64,000 bases of DNA, from IMG/VR virus record IMGVR_UViG_3300032320_002249, positions 1-64,000 of that record; one strand, given 5' to 3'. Below the pieces are notes generated by a model. It did not search any database. It had not been told where the DNA came from and saw only the letters and a program-made list of their open reading frames with translations. This DNA is from a virus. Taxonomy: Duplodnaviria > Caudoviricetes. The position numbers were made by a program, and so were the translations under genes. Below, in pieces: positions 19,480 through 27,446 of this stretch; the first letter of the stretch is position 1, and each line of letters opens with the position of its first letter.

Positions 19480-20346
19480 ATGGCTGTTACTTCCCCCGTT
19501 CAATTTACAAAAGATTTTGAGAAGGATTTTTCTAGTATCATCAAGTACGTTTCAGGGTACAAAGAAAGTCAAAACAAAGATTTTTTCAATAAGCCTTATT
19601 TCAAGACTTATTTCAAATCTAAGAATATTTCTGAAGTCGTTCCATTTTTTGAGATCGTTAATTTTATCAACAATTACCTCGTCCTGAGTAAGGTTTGGGA
19701 AGACGTTGATATTAATCATTATCAAACATATCACCGCATCATGGAGCTGTTTTCGTTCCGTTATATGGATAATGAGGCATCTAGGGAGTGGCTTACTAAG
19801 GAGATCAGTTCTAAGACCTTCTTCAACATGATCGTTCAGGCATACAAAAAAACCAGCTATTCTCAAACTGATCAATATTTTAGGGACACTTTTAGCCAGC
19901 TGCAAAAGCTGTATAAAAAGAACGCAACAATCACTCGTCCTAAGCGTTGGCGACTTCTAGATTTTCATGATCATGTTTCTTTCCTTTTCCTGGAAAGCAC
20001 GATTGATAACAAAGATCATGATAACGAGTTTCTTCCAAGCCCAGTGACTACTAATGATGGTTGGAATATTCGTCAACCTAAGGATACCCTTGAGCTTGCC
20101 CTTTGGGGTAAGAAAGTTCACAACTGCGTTCTTTCCTATGAAGATGCTATCGAAAAGAAGCAGAGTGCCATCATTCTCATCGAACAAAATGAGGCACCTA
20201 AATTCACCGTGGAACTTGACTATGAAAAACTGAAGAAAAAGAAGATTCATATCAAGCAAGTGGTTGGTATGAGCAACAGTTCACTTTCTTCAGAAGAACG
20301 CAATCAGTGTGACAGCATTCTCACTAATATTCTGATCAAAGCCTGA
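19480..20346 (+). CDS. PcfJ-like domain protein (second paralog)
   Basis: QPKDTLELALWGKKVHNCVxxY...FTVEL...QVVG; own promoter module at 19397-19455. Confidence 0.7.
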   Translation: MAVTSPVQFTKDFEKDFSSIIKYVSGYKESQNKDFFNKPYFKTYFKSKNISEVVPFFEIVNFINNYLVLSKVWEDVDINHYQTYHRIMELFSFRYMDNEASREWLTKEISSKTFFNMIVQAYKKTSYSQTDQYFRDTFSQLQKLYKKNATITRPKRWRLLDFHDHVSFLFLESTIDNKDHDNEFLPSPVTTNDGWNIRQPKDTLELALWGKKVHNCVLSYEDAIEKKQSAIILIEQNEAPKFTVELDYEKLKKKKIHIKQVVGMSNSSLSSEERNQCDSILTNILIKA

Positions 20347-20351
20347 GTAAC

Positions 20352-20375
20352 AAAGCCTCCTTTCTGGAGGCTTTT
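20352..20375 (+). terminator. Intrinsic terminator
   Basis: AAAGCCTCC-tttct-GGAGGCTTT-T. Confidence 0.7.
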
Positions 20376-20399
20376 ACTTTCTCTATAATATGGTATCAC

Positions 20400-20855
20400 A
20401 TGAACCACGATTATAACAAAAAGCTTGAAATAGCCTCAGACCCAAATACATCACCAAAAATCCTCAGGCAACTTGCTTGCGATGATGACCCCTACATTCG
20501 CTATCTAGCTGTAAGGAACCCCAATACACCCGTCGATGTTCTTATTGAACTTTCTAATGATGATGATAGATGGGTTCGGATTGAAATTGCACGAAAAATC
20601 AATGTACCTCTCGATATTCTAAAAAAACTCTCTAGTGATAGTGATGTGTCTGTTCGGGATACTCTTGCTACAAATCCAAACATAACTGCTGAGATTCTTA
20701 TGATTCTTGCAAAGGGTGGGGATTATTGGGTTCTAAAAAGTGTTATAAAACACTCAAGAGCTACAGAAGAGGTTATTGTTTTAGTAAAGGCTATTGAATT
20801 TATTAAAGGATGGTCTGTTTGGAACTATTGTAAAAATGAATTGGAATTATTTTGA
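20400..20855 (+). CDS. LRV/HEAT-like repeat protein
   Basis: Four repeats; cap ATEEVIVLVKAIEFI. Confidence 0.88.
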   Translation: MNHDYNKKLEIASDPNTSPKILRQLACDDDPYIRYLAVRNPNTPVDVLIELSNDDDRWVRIEIARKINVPLDILKKLSSDSDVSVRDTLATNPNITAEILMILAKGGDYWVLKSVIKHSRATEEVIVLVKAIEFIKGWSVWNYCKNELELF

Positions 20856-21114
20856 CAAAAAAATTGAATTAGCAAGAAGTTTAGATACCCCAGCAAGAGT
20901 TCTTATTAAACTTTCTAAGGATTCTGAATCCTTGGTTCGTACTTATGTTGCAGACAATCCAAATACACCTTTAGAAGCTCTTAGGATTCTTGCTACAGAT
21001 TCTCTTCCATCTATTCGCTACTGGGTTGGAAGAAACCCAAATGCAACAGAAGAAATTATTATGCTAGTAAATGCCACTAATTTTATTTCAGGGTTAAAAA
21101 ACGGTATCAAATGA
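20836..21114 (+). CDS. LRV/HEAT-like repeat protein
   Basis: Start trimmed to MNWNYFDKKIELA; cap ATEEIIMLVNATNFI. Confidence 0.85.
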   Translation: MNWNYFDKKIELARSLDTPARVLIKLSKDSESLVRTYVADNPNTPLEALRILATDSLPSIRYWVGRNPNATEEIIMLVNATNFISGLKNGIK

Positions 21115-21461
21115 ACCCAATTTTTCTAAGCAAAAAAATTAGATTAGCAAAAAGTTTAGATACACCTGTAGAGGTTCTTATTGAACTTGCTGGTGATGAA
21201 TGTGCATGGGTTCGGTACTGGGTTGCACTAAACAATAATGCACCTATGGATGTTCTAAAAAAACTTTTTAGTGATAATAATGTATCCGTTCGGGATGCCA
21301 TTGCTTCAAATCCCAATATAACACCCGAGATTCTTATGATTCTTGCAAAGGATGGGGATTATTTGACTCGCCTTAATGTTATGCATCATCCGAAAGCTAC
21401 AGAAGAGATTATTGTTTTAGTAAAGGCTATTAATTTTATTAAAGAAATGCGCCAATTCTAA
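21111..21461 (+). CDS. LRV/HEAT-like repeat protein
   Basis: ATGA overlap; cap ATEEIIVLVKAINFI. Confidence 0.88.
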   Translation: MNPIFLSKKIRLAKSLDTPVEVLIELAGDECAWVRYWVALNNNAPMDVLKKLFSDNNVSVRDAIASNPNITPEILMILAKDGDYLTRLNVMHHPKATEEIIVLVKAINFIKEMRQF

Positions 21462-21535
21462 AAGTGGCACAGGGGCTTTGTGGTGCCCATGAAACGGTGC
21501 TATGATTAAGAGGTAGTCAAACCTTTCTATTACTC

Positions 21536-21832
21536 ATGCCTCTCACAATCGATGCTCCTAATGTTGTCGATAAATCATCTGAAGTTGTTAAAAAGCCAGC
21601 ACCTCGTTATCGGGTTCTGCTTCATAATGATGATCACAATTTTCCAGAATATGTTGCTCTTTGTTTGATGGAAGTTGCCCAACTGAGCGAGCAAGAAGCT
21701 ATCCATGTTATGTTTACTGCTCATACTACTGGAGTTGGTCTTGTTAAGATCTGCGACATTGAGCCAGCAGAATTTTATTGTGAGGGTCTTAAATCCAAGG
21801 GTCTCACAAGCACAATCGAACCTGAAGAGTGA
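21536..21832 (+). CDS. clpS: ATP-dependent Clp protease adaptor ClpS (cyanobacterial-type)
   Basis: YRVLLHNDDxN, AHxxG, ExAEFYCEGLKSKGLTSTIEPEE. Confidence 0.92.
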   Translation: MPLTIDAPNVVDKSSEVVKKPAPRYRVLLHNDDHNFPEYVALCLMEVAQLSEQEAIHVMFTAHTTGVGLVKICDIEPAEFYCEGLKSKGLTSTIEPEE

Positions 21833-21837
21833 GTATT

Positions 21838-22023
21838 ATGGAACTTACCACTAGTCAGAAATTTGAAATTGCGAAGTTCAACATGATTATCGACCAATGC
21901 GATGACATTGAAAAACTGAGAGAAATTTCAAAGCAATTGCTGACTGCCTGGATGACCCAGCGAGCTGCAACTCAACATTCAATTAAAAGTACCTTAGCTA
22001 CTTACAAATCTTTTGGAGAATAA
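21838..22023 (+). CDS. NblA-like small helical protein
   Basis: LTTSQKFE resembles the NblA L(S/T)xEQxF motif; about 60 aa, two predicted helices; divergent. Confidence 0.5.
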   Translation: MELTTSQKFEIAKFNMIIDQCDDIEKLREISKQLLTAWMTQRAATQHSIKSTLATYKSFGE

Positions 22024-22031
22024 AGTTTCTA

Positions 22032-22421
22032 ATGAATGTTCTTCAGAATTACAAGAACACTAAAAATCGAACTGTGCAAGAATTTTTAGATCTTTGTTCA
22101 GTTTGTACAGATCCCAACACCTCTTCTAAAATTCTTACCACTCTCGCAGAGGATGTAGATTTTAATATTCGTTCTAAGGTAGCAGCTCATGCTAACACTC
22201 CTACTAGTGTTCTTAGGGAACTTGCTTATGATTATGCAGAAGTTGTTTGTTACTCTGTAGCTTGTAATCCTAACACTCCACAAGAGGCTCTTTATTTACT
22301 TTCATCCCATTCAAATTTTTGGATTCGTGGTGCCGTGGTAAACAACCCAAATGCAACAGAAGAGATTATTATGCTAGCAAAGGCAACTGGATTTATTGAG
22401 AATAGATTTCAATTTACCTAA
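22032..22421 (+). CDS. LRV/HEAT-like repeat protein
   Basis: Repeats plus cap ATEEIIMLAKATGFI. Confidence 0.88.
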   Translation: MNVLQNYKNTKNRTVQEFLDLCSVCTDPNTSSKILTTLAEDVDFNIRSKVAAHANTPTSVLRELAYDYAEVVCYSVACNPNTPQEALYLLSSHSNFWIRGAVVNNPNATEEIIMLAKATGFIENRFQFT

Positions 22422-22450
22422 TTCTTTAGAAAACTTTACCTCTGCAACTC

Positions 22451-22942
22451 ATGAATCCTTTTCACGACAAAGAGTACAAAATTGCATACCTCAAGGCCCG
22501 TGCTTATGACAGTCGTACAGAAGTTCGTTTGCAGGTTGCAAAAAATAAACTCACTCCACCCGAATTTCTTACCTTCCTTGCTGGGGATCAAGATGGATAT
22601 GTTCGTATGGAGGTTGCGAGAAATCCAAATGCACCAGCAGAAGCTCTTATGATTCTTATTTTTTCTAAAAATAGCATGGGTTCGATTTATTGGAGAGTTG
22701 CAAAACATCCCAATGCCACTCCACAAATATTATCTATATTGTCCGATTATGATGGACCTGTTGTTCACGGTGTTGTTGCAAGCAATCCAAATACACCAGC
22801 AGAAGTTCTTATGAAACTTGCTGGGAACCGTGTCTCATTGGTTCGTACTCATGTTATAAACAACACAAATGCAACAGAAGAGATTATTATGACGGCAAAA
22901 GGAACCTCATTTATTATTAAAAATGGACTATACAACTCTTAA
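22451..22942 (+). CDS. LRV/HEAT-like repeat protein
   Basis: Repeats plus cap ATEEIIMTAKGTSFI. Confidence 0.88.
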   Translation: MNPFHDKEYKIAYLKARAYDSRTEVRLQVAKNKLTPPEFLTFLAGDQDGYVRMEVARNPNAPAEALMILIFSKNSMGSIYWRVAKHPNATPQILSILSDYDGPVVHGVVASNPNTPAEVLMKLAGNRVSLVRTHVINNTNATEEIIMTAKGTSFIIKNGLYNS

Positions 22943-23267
22943 AGAAAAAATAAAATTAGCTGGAAACCCTAGTACACCAAAAGAAATACTCAAGATACTT
23001 TCTTTGCATCAATCTTGGTTTGTTCGTTCTGCAGTTGCAGGTAATCCCAATACAGACCCAGAGGTACTTAAGGTACTATCTGGTGATATTGATTTGGATG
23101 TTCTCTGTAAAGTTGCTAGCAATCCTAGCACACCGCTAGATGTTCTTATGAAATTTGCAATGTATAGATCCCCCTGGATGAGGGATAGTGTTATAGAGAA
23201 CCCCAAAGCTACAGAAGAACTTATCATTCTAGCAAAGGCCACAGAATTTATTCTAAGAAACCACTAG
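22923..23267 (+). CDS. LRV/HEAT-like repeat protein
   Basis: Repeats plus cap ATEELIILAKATEFI. Confidence 0.88.
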   Translation: MDYTTLKEKIKLAGNPSTPKEILKILSLHQSWFVRSAVAGNPNTDPEVLKVLSGDIDLDVLCKVASNPSTPLDVLMKFAMYRSPWMRDSVIENPKATEELIILAKATEFILRNH

Positions 23268-23276
23268 CATTTTAAA

Positions 23277-23462
23277 ATGAATCACGGTTCCATTCAAAAA
23301 ATCAGGGCAGCACGAAACCCGTACACACCACAAGAAAAACTTGTAGAACTCGCTGGGGATGATTTTTGGCTTGTTCGTTTTTGGGTTTTAGAAAACCCAT
23401 CAGCCCCGGATGATGCTATCATATTGGCAAAGGCTATCGATTTTGTTTCTCGTCATCTATGA
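23277..23462 (+). CDS. LRV/HEAT-like single-repeat protein
   Basis: One repeat plus cap APDDAIILAKAIDFV. Confidence 0.8.
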   Translation: MNHGSIQKIRAARNPYTPQEKLVELAGDDFWLVRFWVLENPSAPDDAIILAKAIDFVSRHL

Positions 23463-23872
23463 ATCACTCTAAAAAAATAGAGGCAGCCAAGGATCCTAAC
23501 ACTCCGCCAAGGACTCTTAAAAAACTTTCTAATGATAAATCTTTAGAGGTTAGGCTTGCCGTTATCCAAAATCCAAATACTCCATGTGATATTCTCATAA
23601 AATTAGCTCAAACTCATCACCCTAGCATTCGATTACATCTTGTAAGAAGGCCCACCCTACCCAAGCAGGTTTTTAAGATTCTTTATACGAGTGAATGTTC
23701 ATTCATTCGTGAATATGTTGCAAAGCATCCCAACGCGCCGGCTGATGTTCTTATTAGCCTTGCTGGCGATGAAAACGGGGATGTTCGTCGGTGGGTTTTG
23801 AAAAACCCAAATGCGCCTGAGGATGCTATCGTGCTAGCCAAGGCTATTAATTTTGTGTGGTGTATGACATAG
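23459..23872 (+). CDS. LRV/HEAT-like repeat protein
   Basis: Repeats plus cap APEDAIVLAKAINFV. Confidence 0.88.
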   Translation: MNHSKKIEAAKDPNTPPRTLKKLSNDKSLEVRLAVIQNPNTPCDILIKLAQTHHPSIRLHLVRRPTLPKQVFKILYTSECSFIREYVAKHPNAPADVLISLAGDENGDVRRWVLKNPNAPEDAIVLAKAINFVWCMT

Positions 23873-23989
23873 ATTAATAATAATATAGAGGTATCTTTCT
23901 AAACAGAAGGACACCTCATTAAGTGGCACATTGCCTTTGCCGCCTGTCGGTTTATTCTAGTATAATAAGGGTAACCTGCATTTTTAGTC

Positions 23990-24292
23990 TTGACCATGAG
24001 TAAAAATCCTTTAATTATTATGGCCAAGGATCCAAATACACCACCAGAGGTTCTTAGAGATCTTTCTAAGATATTTGAGTATATTATTAGAGGATTTGTA
24101 GCACAAAACCCAAGCACACCCACCGATGTTCTTAAAAAACTTGCAGAAGATGATCTTAGTCATGTCCGTTATTGTATCATGAGAAATTCAAATGCAACAG
24201 AAGACATTATTATGCTAGCAAAAGCAGTTACATTTATTCGGGAACACCAAGTTTCATTTATTCTGAATCAGAGGAGAAAAAAATGCAATTGA
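23990..24292 (+). CDS. LRV/HEAT-like repeat protein
   Basis: After a promoter module at 23908-23966; cap ATEDIIMLAKAVTFI. Confidence 0.85.
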   Translation: MTMSKNPLIIMAKDPNTPPEVLRDLSKIFEYIIRGFVAQNPSTPTDVLKKLAEDDLSHVRYCIMRNSNATEDIIMLAKAVTFIREHQVSFILNQRRKKCN

Positions 24293-24555
24293 GTGGTTAC
24301 GATAAAATTCAAATCGCACAAAAGCCAAGCACCTCACAAGAAACACTTGCAATTCTTGCTTGTGATGATGACCCTGATGTTCGCTATTTTGTAGCAAAAG
24401 ATCCAAATACACCCCAAGATGTTCTCTTAAGACTTTCTACAGATAATGATTGGATGGTCCGTTATTGTATCATGAGAAATTCAAATGCAACAGAAGACAT
24501 TATTATGCTAGCAAAAGCAACTGATTTTATTGTTAATGAGATGTGGAAATCATGA
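24283..24555 (+). CDS. LRV/HEAT-like repeat protein
   Basis: GAGGAG RBS before the ATG at 24283; cap ATEDIIMLAKATDFI. Confidence 0.85.
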   Translation: MQLSGYDKIQIAQKPSTSQETLAILACDDDPDVRYFVAKDPNTPQDVLLRLSTDNDWMVRYCIMRNSNATEDIIMLAKATDFIVNEMWKS

Positions 24556-24935
24556 ACCGGGCAGAAAAAGAAAGGTTGGCAGCATGGAAGGCTGCCAAAT
24601 ACACTACATCATCAAAGGTTCTTAGGGAACTATCTAAACATGAATGTGAGGAAGTTCGTGCTAATGTTGCATTCAATCCTAATACACCACAGGATATACT
24701 TACAGAACTTTCTAAAGACATTGACCTTCGTATTCTTTATTGGTTAGCCCGTAATACTAAAACTACATCAGAGTTACTTATGAAAATTGCTAGTAAGGCA
24801 CCACCCTGTAGTAGTATTTCTTCGGCTATTTTACACAATCCAAATGCAACAGAAGACATTATTATGCTAGTAAGGGCAACTGATTTTATTGTTAACAGTT
24901 ATTATGAGAGTAAAGGTCACCGAATTTATTCTTAA
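24552..24935 (+). CDS. LRV/HEAT-like repeat protein
   Basis: ATGA overlap; cap ATEDIIMLVRATDFI. Confidence 0.85.
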   Translation: MNRAEKERLAAWKAAKYTTSSKVLRELSKHECEEVRANVAFNPNTPQDILTELSKDIDLRILYWLARNTKTTSELLMKIASKAPPCSSISSAILHNPNATEDIIMLVRATDFIVNSYYESKGHRIYS

Positions 24936-24937
24936 CC

Positions 24938-25358
24938 ATGAATTATACCAAAAAAAATAAGACTAGCTAACAATCCAAATACATCACCTGAGATGTTATC
25001 ACGTCTCTCTAAGGATCATAATCTTTGGGTTCGTTGTCATATTGCAAGGAATCCCAATACACCAACAAATGATCTCATAAAACTTACCAGGGATACCTCT
25101 CCCACAGTTCGACTGTGCCTTGCACATAGGGCCAATTTAACAACTGAGATTCTTTGTATTCTTAGTAAAGATTTTTCCTGGGACGTTAGAAGGGCAGTAT
25201 CCTTTAATCCTAATACACCATTAGATATTCTTATGGAACTTGCTAGAGATAGTAGTAGTCTAGTTCGTGGCAAGGTTATAAACAATCCCAAGGCCCCGGA
25301 AGATGCTATCATACTAGCCAGGGCCATTAATTTTATTATATCTATGAGGTTCTTATGA
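24938..25358 (+). CDS. LRV/HEAT-like repeat protein, N-terminus out of frame at an A8 run
   Basis: Removing one A at 24950-24957 yields MNYTKKIRLANNPNTSPEML...; cap APEDAIILARAINFI. Confidence 0.75.
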
Positions 25359-25795
25359 GCTACTATGATGAGAAATTTATTCAAAGGGTGATGCTAGCTA
25401 GGAATCCAAATACATCGCCTGATGTGTTATTAAGTCTTTCTAGAGATATTACCATTCATATTCGATGTGATGTTGTAACTAATCCTTCTGTCACAACGGA
25501 AATCCTAGAAATCCTTAGTAAGGATACTTCTTGGCTTGTTCGGGCTGTAGTCGCCAATACCACCAAAACACCTCCAGGCATTCTTAGGAAACTTGCTGGA
25601 GATGCAGCTGAGCGTGTAAGGTGTATGGTTGCCTCTAATCCTAGTACCCCACCTGATGTTATTATGACCCTTGCTGGGGATGGGGATTGGTGGGTAAGGA
25701 ATGGTGTCATATTGAACCCCAAGGCCACAGAGGATGTTATAATGTTAACCAGGGCCATTGGTTTTATTGGATCTATTAAAAACATTACACCATGA
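25355..25795 (+). CDS. LRV/HEAT-like repeat protein
   Basis: Four repeats plus cap ATEDVIMLTRAIGFI. Confidence 0.88.
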   Translation: MSYYDEKFIQRVMLARNPNTSPDVLLSLSRDITIHIRCDVVTNPSVTTEILEILSKDTSWLVRAVVANTTKTPPGILRKLAGDAAERVRCMVASNPSTPPDVIMTLAGDGDWWVRNGVILNPKATEDVIMLTRAIGFIGSIKNITP

Positions 25796-26292
25796 ATTAT
25801 CTTGACAAATATAAAATTGCTGGTGATCCAAATACCTCACCCGAGACCTTATCAATTCTTGCTAGGGATGATAATTCTAGTGTTCGTTATAAGGTAGCAG
25901 GTAATCCTAATTGTCCACCAAAAATCCTAGAAATTCTTAGTGAGGATCTCGATAATTCGGTTCGGACAAGGGTTGCATTTAACAAGAATACACCCCAGAA
26001 AATTCTGGAAATTCTTAGTAAGGAGAGTGATTACTGGATTCTAAGAACAGTAGCACAAAATCCCAATAATTCCTTGGACACCCTTAGGAAACTTTCTAGG
26101 TCAAATTATAGATGGATCAGATCTTTAGTTGCCTCTAATCCTAGTACCCCACCTGATGTTCTTATGACCCTTGCTGGGGATGAGGATGAACTGGTTCGTC
26201 GTTGGATCGGACGCAACCCAAGTGCCCCGGAGGATGCTATCATACTGGTCAGGGCCATTAGTTTCATGGAGGACCTAATGTATGGATTATAG
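25792..26292 (+). CDS. LRV/HEAT-like repeat protein
   Basis: Five 26-aa repeats plus cap APEDAIILVRAISFM. Confidence 0.88.
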   Translation: MNYLDKYKIAGDPNTSPETLSILARDDNSSVRYKVAGNPNCPPKILEILSEDLDNSVRTRVAFNKNTPQKILEILSKESDYWILRTVAQNPNNSLDTLRKLSRSNYRWIRSLVASNPSTPPDVLMTLAGDEDELVRRWIGRNPSAPEDAIILVRAISFMEDLMYGL

Positions 26293-26773
26293 TTATTTGT
26301 TAGATCTCGCTAAGGATCCCAGAACCTCACCAGAGGTTCTATTAAATCTTGCTCATTCGGTATATTGGGTTGTCAGGAAATATGTTGCAGATAACCCAAA
26401 ATGTCCCCCCGAGGCCCTATCAATTCTTGCTGGGGATGAGAATGTTAGTGTTCGCAGTTCCGTGGCATATAATACCAGAACCCCACTAGAGGACCTTAGG
26501 AGGCTTGCAAAGGATGGTCGCTCGGCGGTTAGGCTAGAAGTAGCCAATAACACCAAAACCCCTCCAGAGGCCCTTAGGGAGCTTGCTGGGGATTTCTATG
26601 AGTCTGTCAAAAATTATGTTGCCCAAAACCCCAATACTCCACCGGATGTTCTTATGGAATTTGCTGGTGGTAAATCTACATTTCATCGTAGGGCAATTGT
26701 AAGAAACCCAAATGCCACGGAGGATGCTATCATGTTAGCAAAGGCCCTTGATTTTATTCAATATTATGGATAG
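26282..26773 (+). CDS. LRV/HEAT-like repeat protein
   Basis: Five repeats plus cap ATEDAIMLAKALDFI. Confidence 0.88.
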   Translation: MDYSYLLDLAKDPRTSPEVLLNLAHSVYWVVRKYVADNPKCPPEALSILAGDENVSVRSSVAYNTRTPLEDLRRLAKDGRSAVRLEVANNTKTPPEALRELAGDFYESVKNYVAQNPNTPPDVLMEFAGGKSTFHRRAIVRNPNATEDAIMLAKALDFIQYYG

Positions 26774-27179
26774 TGTAAAATTTGATCTCGCAAGGAATCC
26801 TAATACAACCCCAGAAACTCTTAGGGAGCTTGCTGGAGACAAGGAACCTTATGTTAGGGAATTAGTTGCAAATAACCCAAATTGTCCCCCAGAGGTCCTA
26901 TCAATTCTTGCTGGTGATAAAGATTATCATGTGAGATATAATGTCGCTAGGAATATTAATACTCCTCCAGATTCTCTTAGGGAGCTTGCTTGTGATAAAG
27001 ATGTTTCTGTCAGGAATTATGTTGCCCAAAACCCCAATACTCCACCGGATGTTCTTATGGAGCTTGCTGGTGATAAATTTCCTCTTGTAAGATATGAAGT
27101 TCGGCACAATCCAAAGTCCCCGGAGGATGCTATCATGTTATCAATGGCCCTTGATTTTGTTCTTTATGAATTATCTTGA
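26766..27179 (+). CDS. LRV/HEAT-like repeat protein
   Basis: Four repeats plus cap SPEDAIMLSMALDFV. Confidence 0.88.
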   Translation: MDSVKFDLARNPNTTPETLRELAGDKEPYVRELVANNPNCPPEVLSILAGDKDYHVRYNVARNINTPPDSLRELACDKDVSVRNYVAQNPNTPPDVLMELAGDKFPLVRYEVRHNPKSPEDAIMLSMALDFVLYELS

Positions 27180-27422
27180 AAAATGATTTTGGCAAACAGT
27201 CCAGATACTCTACCAGAAACTCTAGGCATCCTTTCTATGGATTCTGATTCTGTTATTCGTCATTTGGTTGCACTAAATCCTTCTACTCCACCTGAGGCTC
27301 TTAGAGAACTTGCTTCTGATCTTCTTTCTCAGGTTCGTGATGGGGTTCTATACAATCCTAATGTTACCGAAGAAATTATACTTTTATCTAAGGGAATCGC
27401 ATTCATTTTAAAAAATAAATAG
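27166..27422 (+). CDS. LRV/HEAT-like repeat protein, possible N-terminal frameshift at an A5 run
   Basis: One extra A gives MNYLEKMILA, like paralog MNYLDKYKIA; in-frame ATG at 27183 otherwise; cap VTEEIILLSKGIAFI. Confidence 0.75.
27415..27421 (+). promoter_or_regulatory. T4-type late promoter
   Basis: ATAAATA 26 nt upstream of the 27447 ATG. Confidence 0.55.
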
Positions 27423-27446
27423 TAATTATTAGAGACACTTGCACCG

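Noticed and set aside
17151-27422. Diversity-generating retroelement acting on the LRV genes
   Set aside because: No reverse transcriptase in the window, and mismatches between near-identical blocks are not restricted to adenines; an RT elsewhere in the genome cannot be excluded
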